DNA of 64,000 nucleotides from Nitrosopumilus sp. (GTDB taxonomy: Archaea; Thermoproteota; Nitrososphaeria; Nitrososphaerales; Nitrosopumilaceae). The stretch lies in NCBI GenBank assembly GCA_963662625.1, contig OY759726.1, positions 1,248,001-1,312,000 on the forward strand, read 5' to 3'. The notes beneath the pieces were generated by a model. That model had not been told where the DNA came from. It searched no databases and saw only the letters and a program-made list of their open reading frames with translations. Made by a program: the position numbers and the translations under genes. Of this stretch, positions 32,598 through 43,094 are shown piece after piece. Position 1 is the stretch's first letter; every line of letters begins with the position of its first letter.

Positions 32598-34162
32598 GGC
32601 CCCACTACTACGGTGAGGAACTTGCCCACGGAGACCTCGTCTGTCTGGGCGCCCAGGAGCACCTTGTACTGGCCGGGGACCGCGTCCTCGGTGGCGGCCA
32701 CCATGGCAGTTATCGTCCTCGCTCCGTCATGGCCATCCTGGAACGCCTCCGGCAACTCGGTGCCGACCCCCAGGAAGTACTCTGAGGACGCGGCAAACGG
32801 CGACATGCCGGGCAGTTCCTGCCCGCCGTTGGGCGTCACCGTGAACGTGGTGATCGTGGGGCTGCCGGGCGACACCGCCACTATGCCGGTGCCCAGGTCC
32901 ACGTCGAAGGGGAGGGCCACCGAGGTGTCTACCACGCCGATGTTGTTCTCCACCCACTCCGTAAACCAGATCTTCTCGCCGTGTATGGCAAAGTCGAACA
33001 CCTGGGCCACCCCGCAGTCCTCCATGTCGCCGCAGTCGGCCCAGTTGGGATTCTTTGACGGCACGAGGTACTCCACCAGGCGCTCCTGAGACGGGTCGAA
33101 CACCCCGATCCTGTTTGCCGTCTGCTCGGTGAACACGATGTTGCCGGCGCCGTCCGTGTCTATCCAGTACGGCCGGGTCACCGGGGACTTTACGACGCCG
33201 GTAGCGTTCCCGTAGGTCGAGACGTCCGGGTTCGACGTCACGAACTTCGTAAACCTGGATGTGGCCGGGTCGAACGCGAAGAAGAACGAGCTCGAGGTGT
33301 CCGCAAGCCACACGTTCCCGTCGTCGTGGACGGCGACGCCGTTGATCGTCGTGGCGTCCTCCGGCAGCGGGAACAGGCTCATGAATTCCTGCAGGTCCGA
33401 GCCGCCCGGAGTCTCCGAGTAGCCGCCGTAGTCGAACTTTGCCAGCAGCCCCGACTGCGGGAACACCCACGACGTGAACCAGATGTTCTTTTCGGCGTCG
33501 GTGTCAAAGTCGCTGGCCACCGAGCCGTTGATGATCGGCGGGATCATCAGCATGTTCGCGTCGTTTTCCAGGGGGGTGAGGATCACCATCTTCCCCCCGA
33601 TAAAGTCGTTGAACACGATGTCGGATCCCAGGACGCTGATCTTCTGCGGCATCGCGCCGCCCTCCCCCGCGGGGTACTCCACCAGCCCGTAGGACCCGTC
33701 AAAGGGCGAGAACTTCCATACCGCGTCGAAAAAGTCGTCGGTAAACCACAGGGAGCCGTCGGGGGCGTAGTCCATGCCCCACATGACCGAGCGCCCGCCG
33801 TCGGGCCACGAGGGGTTCTCGAACTCGGTGAACGACTCCGTGAGGGGGTCGAACTTTGAGACGTTGCCGGTGTTGGACTGGACGAACCAGACCGTCCCGT
33901 CGTAGTCCGTGACGATCGCCAGGGGGTTGGTGCAGTCGGTGGGGATCTTGTACTCCCTGACGTACGCGGTGGACTTTGCCTCGCCCGTGCCGCAGAACTG
34001 GTCCCTCTGCTCCACCGGGTAGTTGTCGGCGGGCGTGCCCGTGGCGTCCATGCCCGGAGGGTCCTCGAGCGGCGCCATCAGGCCGGGCAGCGATATCATG
34101 ACGGTCGACGTGAGCAGGATGACGCCGAAGAATATGGCGACTGCCAGCCCCATCTTTCTCAT
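32594..34162 (-). CDS. Virginiamycin B lyase-like (Vgb) beta-propeller protein with N-terminal membrane anchor
   Basis: Repeated DGTVWF/DGSLWFT/NIWFT/KIWFTEW blades; N-terminal TM. Start uncertain (34162-34177). Confidence 0.75.
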   Translation of the reverse strand: MRKMGLAVAIFFGVILLTSTVMISLPGLMAPLEDPPGMDATGTPADNYPVEQRDQFCGTGEAKSTAYVREYKIPTDCTNPLAIVTDYDGTVWFVQSNTGNVSKFDPLTESFTEFENPSWPDGGRSVMWGMDYAPDGSLWFTDDFFDAVWKFSPFDGSYGLVEYPAGEGGAMPQKISVLGSDIVFNDFIGGKMVILTPLENDANMLMIPPIINGSVASDFDTDAEKNIWFTSWVFPQSGLLAKFDYGGYSETPGGSDLQEFMSLFPLPEDATTINGVAVHDDGNVWLADTSSSFFFAFDPATSRFTKFVTSNPDVSTYGNATGVVKSPVTRPYWIDTDGAGNIVFTEQTANRIGVFDPSQERLVEYLVPSKNPNWADCGDMEDCGVAQVFDFAIHGEKIWFTEWVENNIGVVDTSVALPFDVDLGTGIVAVSPGSPTITTFTVTPNGGQELPGMSPFAASSEYFLGVGTELPEAFQDGHDGARTITAMVAATEDAVPGQYKVLLGAQTDEVSVGKFLTVVVGP

Positions 34163-34217
34163 GAGTTGGACAAACAACCACCATGTTATATCTCATTCCA
34201 AACCCGGGCCCGGGGGA

Positions 34218-34571
34218 TCACAGCAGTTTCAGCCGGCCCGTGATCCTGTCCACCATGTCCTCCGGAGCCGGGCCGATCGAGATGCAGGTGGTGGTCCCCG
34301 GGGCGACCTGGGTGTGCCCGGCGTCCGTGACCTCCGACCATGGCAGGCCCGACTCGGCGGCGTGCCTCTTCACGTCCTGGAGCTCCCTGATGCCGGGAAC
34401 CTTTACCACCACCTTCTCCTGGCCGGCCCACCACTCGGAGAACCACTCCGGGTGCGACTCCCTCACGCGCTCGGCGCCTAGGACGCACGCGTGGCCCACC
34501 TGGGCGGCGATCTTCCCCCTGCCCATCCCGAGGTCCGTCCGGACCACCACCACCTGCTTGACGCCGCCCAT
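34218..34571 (-). CDS. pth2: Peptidyl-tRNA hydrolase 2
   Basis: KQVVVVRTDLGMGRGKIAAQVGHA, DAGHTQV, IGPAP, ITGRLKLL. Confidence 0.96.
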   Translation of the reverse strand: MGGVKQVVVVRTDLGMGRGKIAAQVGHACVLGAERVRESHPEWFSEWWAGQEKVVVKVPGIRELQDVKRHAAESGLPWSEVTDAGHTQVAPGTTTCISIGPAPEDMVDRITGRLKLL

Positions 34572-34638
34572 CCAAATACCAAGGCACCCGCCTAATGAAA
34601 AACTTTTGAATTAAATAATTGGCAGTGGAACGGAACCC

Positions 34639-35775
34639 ATGAAATACGACGTGGCGATCGCCGGCGGAAGCGTGGCCGGGCTGCTCTGCGCGAGGGAGGC
34701 CGCGGCGGGGGGCCACAGCGTGCTCGTGGTCGAGGACGACTACGAGGTGGGGACGCCGGAACACTGCGGGGGGCTGGTGAGCGCCGCCGGCCTGGGCGAG
34801 CTCGGGATCGTCCCGCTCGGGAAGACCCTCGGGCACCGGATACGGTCGGCACGGGTCTTCGCCCCGGACGGGGGCAGCTTCGAGGTGGACTCGGCCAGGC
34901 AGGGGGTGCTGGAGGTGGACCGGAGGGAGCTCGACAAGCAGGTGGCGCGCCAGGCGCAGAAGAACGGCGCCGAGATACGGGTCAGGACGAGCTTCTTGGG
35001 GGCCACCGGGGAGGGGATAAGGACCAGCGGGGGGAACGTGGGGTGCAGGATATTCGTAGACGCGAGGGGGGTGTCGTCGCTGGCGCAGAAGGACAGGACG
35101 GGGATCATGCCGTCAGCCCAGTACGAGGTATGCGCGGACTGGGTAAGGAAGGGGCGCGTGGAGGTGCACCTTGACCAGGAAAAGTACCCGGGCTTCTTTG
35201 CTTGGGTGATACCGTCCGGCGAGGGAAGGGGCAAGGCGGGGGTCGCCGGCAGGGGGATCAACGCGGCAGACGCCCTGGACGGGTTCCTCGCGGCAAGGGG
35301 CGGGTGCTCCGTGATCAGGAAGATCTACGCCCCGATATGGATCAACGGCCCGATAGGGAGGTTCGTCGACGGCACGGCGGTTACAGTCGGCGACGCGGCG
35401 GGCCAGGCAAAGCCGACCACCGCGGGGGGCATCTACTCCAGCGGGATGGGCGGCCTCCTGGCGGGAAGGGCGATATCGAGGTTCCTGTCCACCGGCAGGG
35501 AGTCCGACCTGGGGGAGTACCCGGAAAACTGGAAGCGCATGTTCGGGGGGGAGTTCGAGAGGCAGCTCCTCGCGAGGAGGATCCTCGAACGGCTGGACAA
35601 CGGCACGATAAGCGGGCTGTGCCGGTCGGTGACCCCGGAGACGGCGGGGGCGATGTCCGCGGAGGACGACTTTGACTTCCACGTGGGCTCCGTCGTGCGG
35701 CTCCTCGGGGTGAGGGGATCCGCCCGGGCTGCGCGGGCGCTGGCAGGCGGGGGGCTGAAAAAGATCCTGGGATGA
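34639..35775 (+). CDS. Geranylgeranyl reductase-family FAD oxidoreductase
   Basis: YDVAIAGGSVAG, PEHCGGL, FAWVIP, VGDAAGQAKPTTAGGI. Confidence 0.88.
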   Translation: MKYDVAIAGGSVAGLLCAREAAAGGHSVLVVEDDYEVGTPEHCGGLVSAAGLGELGIVPLGKTLGHRIRSARVFAPDGGSFEVDSARQGVLEVDRRELDKQVARQAQKNGAEIRVRTSFLGATGEGIRTSGGNVGCRIFVDARGVSSLAQKDRTGIMPSAQYEVCADWVRKGRVEVHLDQEKYPGFFAWVIPSGEGRGKAGVAGRGINAADALDGFLAARGGCSVIRKIYAPIWINGPIGRFVDGTAVTVGDAAGQAKPTTAGGIYSSGMGGLLAGRAISRFLSTGRESDLGEYPENWKRMFGGEFERQLLARRILERLDNGTISGLCRSVTPETAGAMSAEDDFDFHVGSVVRLLGVRGSARAARALAGGGLKKILG

Positions 35776-35825
35776 CGCGCGCGGCGCAGGGAAGGTATAA
35801 ATGATGTTTACCGGGAATCTGGCTC

Positions 35826-36005
35826 ATGTCATCCACGATCTCGCTGCCCACGTGCGACTGCTGCAAAAGGCACATCATGCCCAACGACAAGTGCGTCAAG
35901 TTCAACTGCCCCAACTGCGGCGAAGTCCTGATATGGAGGTGCCAGAGCTGCAGGGAGGCGGCAAGGAGCTACACGTGCGGCTCCTGCAACTTCCAGGGGC
36001 CGTAG
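35826..36005 (+). CDS. Zn-ribbon RNA-binding protein (DUF1610 / HVO_2753-like), 59 aa
   Basis: Hand translation [13 protein letters not shown]...[18 protein letters not shown]...[11 protein letters not shown]; usual position upstream of aEF-1beta. Confidence 0.9.
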   Translation: MSSTISLPTCDCCKRHIMPNDKCVKFNCPNCGEVLIWRCQSCREAARSYTCGSCNFQGP

Positions 36006-36009
36006 GAAG

Positions 36010-36291
36010 ATGGCCCAACTGCTGCTCATAGCCAAGATCCTCCCGACGGGGACGGAGGTGGACCTTGACGCCCTGGCAGAAGGCATCAAGGGGGCGCTCA
36101 AGGACGGGATCGAGATGAAGAGGCACGCCAAGGAGCCCCTCGCGTTCGGCCTGGAATTCCTCAAGGCGGAGTTCGTCCTGGAGGACAGGGAGGGGCAGAT
36201 GGACGCGCTGGAGGACACCGTAAGGGGGGTCGAAGGGGTCAGCGAGTTCGAGGTCCTCAACATGAGCCGCATGTCAGTCGACATGAAGTAG
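36010..36291 (+). CDS. ef1b: Elongation factor 1-beta
   Basis: KILPTG...EPLAFGL...[10 protein letters not shown]. Confidence 0.92.
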   Translation: MAQLLLIAKILPTGTEVDLDALAEGIKGALKDGIEMKRHAKEPLAFGLEFLKAEFVLEDREGQMDALEDTVRGVEGVSEFEVLNMSRMSVDMK

Positions 36292-36299
36292 GTGGTCCC

Positions 36300-38468
36300 T
36301 TGACGCGCAAGGACGGGCCTTTGCAGATGAGAATCGGGGAGGCAAAGCAGAGGGACGTGGGCAAGAAGCGCGCGAGGATCGGCCCGGACGCCATGGACTA
36401 CCTCAAGGTGGCCCCGGGAGACGTCGTCGAGGTGGCCGGCTCCAGGTCAAGCTGCGCCGTAGTCTGGCCCGCCGACGAGGACGAGAAGTCCCAGGACGTC
36501 ATCAGGATCGACGGGCAGACGCGGAAGAACGTCGGCGCGTCGCTGAACGACATCGTGACGATAAGGAGGGCCGCCTCCAAGATCGCAAAGTCCGTCTCGC
36601 TGACCCCGGTGAGCGACACGGTCATGGTGGACAGGGAGTTCACCGACTTCGTGAAGAACAGGCTCAAGGGCCTGCCGATAACCCCCGGCGACGAGATATC
36701 CGTGATGATCCTGGGCAACTCAATGGACTTCAAGATCACGAAGACCGCGCCCAAGGACATAGTGAAGATCGACCGCCCCACCAAGATCACGATCTCCTCG
36801 GAGGCCGCGGCGGACAGGAAGGTCCGGGCCACGTACGAGGAGGTGGGCGGCCTGCGGGGAGAGGTCAGGGCCATGAGGGAGATCGTGGAACTCCCGCTGA
36901 GGCACCCCGAGCTGTTCGCGAGGCTGGGGATAGAGCCGCACAGCGGCATACTGCTTTACGGGCCCCCGGGCTGCGGCAAGACGCTGATCGCCAAGGTGCT
37001 CGCGAACGAGTCGGAGGCCAACATGTTCCTGATCAACGGGCCGGAGATCATGAACAAGTACTACGGGGAGACGGAGGCCAGGCTCCGGGACATATTCAAG
37101 GAGGCAAAGGACAACTCGCCGAGCATCATCTTCGTCGACGAGATCGACGCCATCGCCCCGAAGAGGGAGGAGGCGTACGGGGACGTGGAGAAGAGGGTGG
37201 TGGCGCAGCTGCTGGCGCTGATGGACGGCCTCAACGACAGGGGCAACGTGATCGTGCTGGGGGCCACGAACAGGCCGGACAGCGTCGACCCGGCGCTGAG
37301 GAGACCCGGCAGGTTCGACAGGGAGTTCGAGATATCGGTGCCAAACGAGGACGGCAGGCTCGAGATACTGCAGATCCACACGCGGGGGATGCCGGTCGAC
37401 GGCGGCGTCGACCTCAAGGACCTCGCCTCGGAGCTCCACGGCTACACGGGGGCCGACATCAAGTCGCTGTGCCGGGAGGCCGCGATGAAGTCGATCCACC
37501 GGTACCTCCCGGAGATCGATCTCGAGACCGAGCAGATCCCGTCGGAGGTCCTGCAGTCGATGCAGATAATGCTGGCCGACTTTTACGACGCGATGCACGA
37601 GGTGATCCCCACGGCGATGAGGGAGTTCTACGTGGAGAGGCCGAAGGTATGGTGGAGCGACGTGGGCGGGCTGGACGACGTGAAGAAGTCGCTGGCCGAC
37701 AACCTGATCCTGGCCATGAGGGAGCCTGGCAGGTTCACGAAGATGGGGATCCGGCCCCCGAAGGGAGCGCTGGTGTACGGCCCCCCCGGGTGCGGGAAGA
37801 CGCTCATCGCCAGGGCGCTGGCGACCGAGACGGGCGCCAACATGATCCTGGTCAGGGGGCCGGAGATCCTCTCTAGGTGGATCGGCGAGTCCGAGAAGGC
37901 GGTCCGGGAGATCTTCAGGAAGGCCAAGGCGTCGTCCCCGTGCATGGTGATCTTCGACGAGCTGGACTCCCTTGCGCGCTACAAGTCCGGGGAGGGGGGC
38001 GTCGGGGAGACGGTCCTGAGCCAGCTGCTGACGGAGATCGAGGAGGGGGCGTCGTCCCGCGTCGCGGTGATCGGGATCACGAACAGGCCGGACATCCTGG
38101 ACCACTCGCTGCTGCGGACGGGGCGGCTGGACCTGGTGCTGTACGTAGCGCCCCCCGACGAGAGGGGCAGGCTAGAGATCATCAAGATACTGACCAGAAA
38201 GATGCCGCTCGCAAGCGACGTCAAGCTGCAGGAGATCGCGGTGGCCACCCAGAACTACACGGGCGCGGACCTGGCCGCGCTGTGCAGGGAGGCCGCGGTC
38301 CAGGCGATGAAGGGCGACTCTGCGAGGATCTCCAACGGCGATTTTGCGAGGAGCCTCAAGCAGGTCAGGCCGTCGATCACCAAGGAGGTGGACCAGTGGT
38401 ACAACACCGTAAGAGAAAGTATATCTAACGTGGTGCCCAAGTCGGGGGATAGGGCGTTCTACGGGTAA
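36300..38468 (+). CDS. cdc48: CDC48/VCP-family AAA ATPase
   Basis: N-domain plus two AAA modules (GPPGCGKT twice, DEIDAIAPKR, ALRRPGRFDRE). Confidence 0.95.
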   Translation: MTRKDGPLQMRIGEAKQRDVGKKRARIGPDAMDYLKVAPGDVVEVAGSRSSCAVVWPADEDEKSQDVIRIDGQTRKNVGASLNDIVTIRRAASKIAKSVSLTPVSDTVMVDREFTDFVKNRLKGLPITPGDEISVMILGNSMDFKITKTAPKDIVKIDRPTKITISSEAAADRKVRATYEEVGGLRGEVRAMREIVELPLRHPELFARLGIEPHSGILLYGPPGCGKTLIAKVLANESEANMFLINGPEIMNKYYGETEARLRDIFKEAKDNSPSIIFVDEIDAIAPKREEAYGDVEKRVVAQLLALMDGLNDRGNVIVLGATNRPDSVDPALRRPGRFDREFEISVPNEDGRLEILQIHTRGMPVDGGVDLKDLASELHGYTGADIKSLCREAAMKSIHRYLPEIDLETEQIPSEVLQSMQIMLADFYDAMHEVIPTAMREFYVERPKVWWSDVGGLDDVKKSLADNLILAMREPGRFTKMGIRPPKGALVYGPPGCGKTLIARALATETGANMILVRGPEILSRWIGESEKAVREIFRKAKASSPCMVIFDELDSLARYKSGEGGVGETVLSQLLTEIEEGASSRVAVIGITNRPDILDHSLLRTGRLDLVLYVAPPDERGRLEIIKILTRKMPLASDVKLQEIAVATQNYTGADLAALCREAAVQAMKGDSARISNGDFARSLKQVRPSITKEVDQWYNTVRESISNVVPKSGDRAFYG

Positions 38469-38470
38469 AA

Positions 38471-38755
38471 ATGGCGATTCCACTGAAAAACACGATATAC
38501 GACAGGATAAAGGATGCAGGCTCTATCACGGACACCGACCTCTACAAGGCCCTGGTCAAGAATGGGCCGGCGGTCTCCGAGGACCGGTACAACAAGCTGC
38601 TCCTCGACCTGGAGATACTCGGCCTGATCAGGGTGGCCTGGATAACCAAGGGCGAGCGGAGGATCGAGGCAGTCGAGGAGAAGTCGGGCGGCCGCGGGGA
38701 CGACGATGCCACGGAGAGGGACTACGAGGCGAGCTTCCCTGGCTTCAAGAAATGA
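38471..38755 (+). CDS. Conserved hypothetical winged-helix protein
   Basis: NKLLLDLEILGLIRVAW...YEASFPG; operonic with cdc48. Confidence 0.7.
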   Translation: MAIPLKNTIYDRIKDAGSITDTDLYKALVKNGPAVSEDRYNKLLLDLEILGLIRVAWITKGERRIEAVEEKSGGRGDDDATERDYEASFPGFKK

Positions 38756-38758
38756 CCG

Positions 38759-39664
38759 CTACGCCCTGAAGTGGAACGCCGCGTCCAGCGCCACCGCGAC
38801 GAAGATTATGGTGAGGTACGGGGCCGTGACCTTGTACGCCTTCCACGCGAACTCCGACGTCGGCTGCTTCGTAAGCCTGTAGTGGTACGCCAGCATCATG
38901 CCGCCGGCCGCCGCGGCGATCGCCGTGTACACTACCCCCATGCCGAACGCGTAGAGGACCAGCGAGTAGGGAAGCAGGATCATCGTGTTTGCCAGGATGT
39001 ACCTCGACGTCCGCTGCATCCCTATGACCACCGGGAGCATCGGGACGTCGGCCTTGGCGTACTCGTCCCTTATCTTCATCGCCAGGCACCAAAAGTGGGA
39101 TGGGGTCCACACGAACACCAGGAACCCCACCAGGAACCCCAGCACGTCCATGCTCGCGGTGGCGGCAGACCACCCCGCCCAGGCCGCCGCGCTGCCCGCG
39201 ATGCCGCCGATCACTATGTTGGACGTGTTCAGCCGCTTGAGCCACGCGGTGTACACCACCACGTAGGAGAATATGCCCAGCGCGATGAAGAAAGCCGACA
39301 CGGGGTTGAGGGCAAGGTACCCGTAGATCACGGAGGCGCAGCTGACCGCCAGGCCGTATGCCAGCACCCCGGATGGCGACATCCTCCCGGAGGGGATGGG
39401 CCTGGCGCTGGTGCGGTCCATGGTGCGGTCTATGTCCCTGTCGTAATAGTGGTTCAGGGCGCTGGAGCCGGCGGACGCCAGGGCGCCGGCCACCACTATG
39501 TGCAGGTATGCCATATGATCCAGATCCGGCGCGCCCTCGACTAGCCTGCTAGCTGCAAACATCGCCGTCACCGCGGTGATCACCAGCAATACGACGATCC
39601 TTGGTTTGGATATCTCCATTACTTCCTTAAGGCCCAACCTCACTCTATCCTGCCGCGTAGCCAT
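38759..39664 (-). CDS. cyoE: Protoheme IX farnesyltransferase (heme O synthase)
   Basis: KPRIV, NHYYDRDID..M.RT..RPIPSG, YTAWLKR, WTPSHFW, DEYAKADVPMLPV. Confidence 0.95.
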   Translation of the reverse strand: MATRQDRVRLGLKEVMEISKPRIVVLLVITAVTAMFAASRLVEGAPDLDHMAYLHIVVAGALASAGSSALNHYYDRDIDRTMDRTSARPIPSGRMSPSGVLAYGLAVSCASVIYGYLALNPVSAFFIALGIFSYVVVYTAWLKRLNTSNIVIGGIAGSAAAWAGWSAATASMDVLGFLVGFLVFVWTPSHFWCLAMKIRDEYAKADVPMLPVVIGMQRTSRYILANTMILLPYSLVLYAFGMGVVYTAIAAAAGGMMLAYHYRLTKQPTSEFAWKAYKVTAPYLTIIFVAVALDAAFHFRA

Positions 39665-39732
39665 TTAATTTATTCGACTTTGCCCCGCACCGCCCCCGGG
39701 AGCGGGGCCGCCTCCCCCGCCGCTAGGCAACA

Positions 39733-39740
39733 CTTTAAAC
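39733..39740 (+). promoter_or_regulatory. Archaeal TATA box for tRNA-Thr
   Basis: CTTTAAAC about 27 nt upstream of the tRNA 5' end in an otherwise GC-rich context. Confidence 0.5.
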
Positions 39741-39765
39741 CTTCAAAATTTTCACTGTACTTCGT

Positions 39766-39840
39766 GCCAATGTAGCTCAGCCTGGCTAGAGCATTCGCCT
39801 TGTAAGCGAAAGGTCGTGGGTTCGGATCCCGCCATTGGCT
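39766..39840 (+). tRNA. tRNA-Thr(TGT)
   Basis: GCCAATG/CATTGGC acceptor; TTCGC-CT-TGT-AA-GCGAA anticodon arm; GGTTCGGATCC T-loop. Confidence 0.95.
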
Positions 39841-40100
39841 TGTGTAGTACGAGATAGCGCATTGCCGCATGCGGCCCCGCGCCCGGCGCAGGCAGGGGCC
39901 GCGGCGGCCGGGCCCTTCCGGGAACGCGGCCGGCGGATGCGCCGGGCGCGGGCCTGCCGGGCAGCCCTGGCGGGAGCGGCGTCCCGGGGCCGCGCGGATC
40001 CTGATAACAAGCGTTTATTAGACCTAAAAAACGGACTTGATGCATCAAAATAATGACGGGGACGGTGACTTTTTCGTCATTGCCAAGAGACGAAAGCAAA

Positions 40101-41720
40101 ATGAAAAAATTTGAAGAATTGGGATTGAGAGAAGACCTGCTAAGGGCGATACGGGAGCTGGGGTTCGAGGAGACCTTCCCGATCCAGGAGGCGGTCATCC
40201 CGGTGCTGCTAACGGGAAGGGACGTCGTGGGCCAGGCGCACACGGGCTCCGGCAAGACGGCGGCATTCGCGCTGTCGATGCTGCAGGAGCTCAAGCCGGA
40301 AAAGGGCATCCAAGGGCTGATCATGGCCCCCACCAGGGAGCTCGCGATGCAGATTACGGACGAGATAAAGAAGTTCGGCAAGTACACCGACATCAGGGTC
40401 GCGACGGTGTACGGCGGGCAGGGAATGTCGATCCAGCTTGACGAGCTCGACAGGGGCGTGGAGATAGTAGTGGCCACGCCGGGCAGGCTGATCGACCACC
40501 TGAAGCGCGGATCCATCGATCTCAGGGACGTGACCCACATAGTGCTCGACGAGGCAGACACCATGCTGGACATGGGCTTCATCGACGACATACAGTTCAT
40601 CCTGGATCTGGCCCCCGAGGAGCGGGTGATGTCGATGTTTTCCGCCACCATGCCCACCGAGATCCTGAGGCTCTCCGAGGACTACCTGAAGAACCCAAAG
40701 CAGTTCCTGCTTGACGCAGACGACCTGAGCGGCGAGGGGATCGACCAGGCATTCCTGGTACTCAGGGACAGGGAAAAGTTCAAACACCTCATCAACTTCA
40801 TCAAGAAGGCCAAGGGACAGGCAATCGTGTTCTGCTCCACAAAGTACAGGACGCGTGACGTGGCCAAGTTCCTGCACCATGAAAAGTTCGGGGCGGTCGC
40901 CATCGAGGGGGACATGTCGCAGCACAGGCGGGAACAGTCGATGGCCAAGTTCAGGAGCGGCAAGGCCGACATCCTGGTGGCTACCGACGTCGCGTCAAGG
41001 GGGATAGACGTGCCCCGGGTGGCGCTCGTGGTGAACTACGACGTGCCGAACCAGGAGATGACGTACTTTCACAGGATTGGAAGGACCGCCCGGGCGGGCG
41101 GCAAGGGAAGGTCCGTGACCCTGGTCTCCTACTCGTCTGTGGGCGACTGGGAACTGATCAAGCGGCAGATCAAGGTCAAGCTTACGGATCTCAACGAGGA
41201 GATGGGGCTCAAGGTATCGATCCCGGATCCGCTGAAGAGGGAGGTCCAGTCAAGGAGGTATGGCGAGTCGAGGGGTGGATCCGAGAGGAGGCGCACCGGG
41301 GGATTCGGCCGGCCCGGTTCGTACAGGGACGCAAGGGACGACAGGCGCGGGCGCGATAGCTGGCGAGGCAGGGACGACAGGAGAAGCAGGGACGACAGGA
41401 GAAGCAGGGACGACAGGCGCGGGCGCGACGACCGGCGAGGCAGGGACGACAGGAGAAGCAGGGACGACAGGCGCGGGCGCGACGACCGGCGAGGCAGGGA
41501 CGACAGGAGAAGCAGGGACGACAGGCGCGGGCGCGACGACCGGCGAGGCAGGGACGACAGGAACAGGGACGACAGGAACAGGGACGACAGGAACAGGGAC
41601 GACAGGAACAGGGACGACAGGAACAGGGACGACAGGCGCGGGCGCGACGACCGATCCGGGGAGAGAAGGCGCGACGACCGCGGAGGGCGAAACCCCTACG
41701 GCGGCAAAAGCCGGTGGTGA
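40101..41720 (+). CDS. DEAD-box RNA helicase with long Arg/Asp repeat tail
   Basis: Q motif, [34 protein letters not shown]; C-terminal (RDDRR[GS])n and (RDDRN)n. Confidence 0.95.
   Translation: MKKFEELGLREDLLRAIRELGFEETFPIQEAVIPVLLTGRDVVGQAHTGSGKTAAFALSMLQELKPEKGIQGLIMAPTRELAMQITDEIKKFGKYTDIRVATVYGGQGMSIQLDELDRGVEIVVATPGRLIDHLKRGSIDLRDVTHIVLDEADTMLDMGFIDDIQFILDLAPEERVMSMFSATMPTEILRLSEDYLKNPKQFLLDADDLSGEGIDQAFLVLRDREKFKHLINFIKKAKGQAIVFCSTKYRTRDVAKFLHHEKFGAVAIEGDMSQHRREQSMAKFRSGKADILVATDVASRGIDVPRVALVVNYDVPNQEMTYFHRIGRTARAGGKGRSVTLVSYSSVGDWELIKRQIKVKLTDLNEEMGLKVSIPDPLKREVQSRRYGESRGGSERRRTGGFGRPGSYRDARDDRRGRDSWRGRDDRRSRDDRRSRDDRRGRDDRRGRDDRRSRDDRRGRDDRRGRDDRRSRDDRRGRDDRRGRDDRNRDDRNRDDRNRDDRNRDDRNRDDRRGRDDRSGERRRDDRGGRNPYGGKSRW
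41335..41680 (+). repeat. Coding 18-bp and 15-bp tandem repeats ([17 protein letters not shown])
   Basis: Units such as AGGGACGACAGGAGAAGC, CGCGACGACCGGCGAGGC and AGGGACGACAGGAAC x5. Confidence 0.9.
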
Positions 41721-41822
41721 CCGGGGACACGCCGCGGCAACCGCGCACTCCTGACGAAAGCCGGGCGGGCACCGCATAAACCTTTAAGGCATACAACGTG
41801 CTACCTACACTTAGGCAGAGCA

Positions 41823-42056
41823 ATGCATAGAGGCTTCATCTTACTAAACTGCGATCTTGGGGCAGAGGAGTACATCGTTGAGGAGTTGAAACAGATGCAG
41901 AAGGTGCGCAACGCGTACCTTACGTTTGGCGCGTACGACGTGGTGGGGGAGATCCATGCAGAGGACCGGGACGAGTTCGACAAGGCAGTATCCACGATCA
42001 GGAAGCTCTCGAGGGTGGTGAGCACCATGACGCTCAATGTCCTAAACCTGGAATGA
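41823..42056 (+). CDS. Lrp/AsnC ligand-binding domain protein
   Basis: GFILLNCDLG...TFGAYDVV...IRKLSRVVSTMTL. Confidence 0.85.
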   Translation: MHRGFILLNCDLGAEEYIVEELKQMQKVRNAYLTFGAYDVVGEIHAEDRDEFDKAVSTIRKLSRVVSTMTLNVLNLE

Positions 42057-42061
42057 TTGTT

Positions 42062-42376
42062 ATGGGGGACGGACAGGGTTACTTTGAAATGGAAAAGATA
42101 GAGTACGACGGGACGGTCTGGGCAATCGACCACAACAACCCGGAGCCGCTGGTGGAGCACGCGTTACACACGCTGGAACTGCACGGGGTGAGGAGGGAGG
42201 ACATCGTCCTGACGGACGCTCCCGAGAACGTCCAGGTCGGGGCGATAGTGGTGGAGATCTGGCCCTACCACCTGGACGTCGCGAGGGTCAGGACGATCAG
42301 GAACGAGTCGTTCATCAGCGGGACCGTGATGACCATCGAGTTGAAGCTGGACGAAGAGGGCAACTACACTGATTAG
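42062..42376 (+). CDS. Conserved hypothetical protein
   Basis: Open 104-aa frame with host codon usage; operonic. Confidence 0.7.
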   Translation: MGDGQGYFEMEKIEYDGTVWAIDHNNPEPLVEHALHTLELHGVRREDIVLTDAPENVQVGAIVVEIWPYHLDVARVRTIRNESFISGTVMTIELKLDEEGNYTD

Positions 42377-42378
42377 CG

Positions 42379-43041
42379 TTGAAGAAGGGGAGGAGGAACA
42401 GCATCATCCTGGCCGCGGCCGCGGCCGCCGTCGTGGCCGCGGTGGTGGCATACGGCTATTCGGCAGAACAGACCCGCCAGAAGGGCTTCGTCTTTGGCAA
42501 CGAGCTGGCGCAGATCCAGGAGGACGTCAGCCGCATACAGGCGGACTTTAGCTCAAGGCTCACGCAGTGGGAGGAGGGGGACCTGGAGAAGCGCGAGCTG
42601 CTGGAGTACGCCGACTCCCACCTCGGGGAGCTCGGGGCCGTGCTGGAGAGGTACGGCGGCCTGGAGCCGCCCGCGCAGTTTTCTGCCTCGGTCGAGCTGT
42701 TCAGGCTGTCCACCGGATCCCAGCTCCAGAGCGACAGGCACTACGTGGAGTGGCTCAAGACCGGGCAGGAATCCGACAGGATCAGGTCCGACTCGCTGCT
42801 CCAGGAGTCGTTCGACTACGAACTGCTGGCGTTGGGCGAGTTTAACAGGGCAAAGCTGGGGTACAAGGAGTACGATGACGGGCCCGCGAAGTTCGAGGCG
42901 CCCGACGCGGACATCACGGGCAAGGTGAACAAGATCTGGGAGGGCATGAGGGAGGAGTGCCGCCTGGGATCCGCGGCGCAGGAAGAGGCCGACCAGTGCG
43001 CGACCCGGGCGGACGCCTGGAGATCGGAGCACCTCCCGTGA
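42379..43041 (+). CDS. Membrane-anchored hypothetical protein
   Basis: Basic N-terminus plus hydrophobic helix, then a helical domain. Confidence 0.7.
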   Translation: MKKGRRNSIILAAAAAAVVAAVVAYGYSAEQTRQKGFVFGNELAQIQEDVSRIQADFSSRLTQWEEGDLEKRELLEYADSHLGELGAVLERYGGLEPPAQFSASVELFRLSTGSQLQSDRHYVEWLKTGQESDRIRSDSLLQESFDYELLALGEFNRAKLGYKEYDDGPAKFEAPDADITGKVNKIWEGMREECRLGSAAQEEADQCATRADAWRSEHLP

Positions 43042-43094
43042 GACGGGGCCGGCTGGCAGACCACAATACTCTTTAAAGATCGGCGCGCAATACG

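Noticed and set aside
41209-41823. Alternative-frame ORFs with VVPVP, CRPC or GTTG repeats
   Set aside because: These are shadow frames of the helicase RDD repeat region; the helicase frame is continuous with a recognisable domain.
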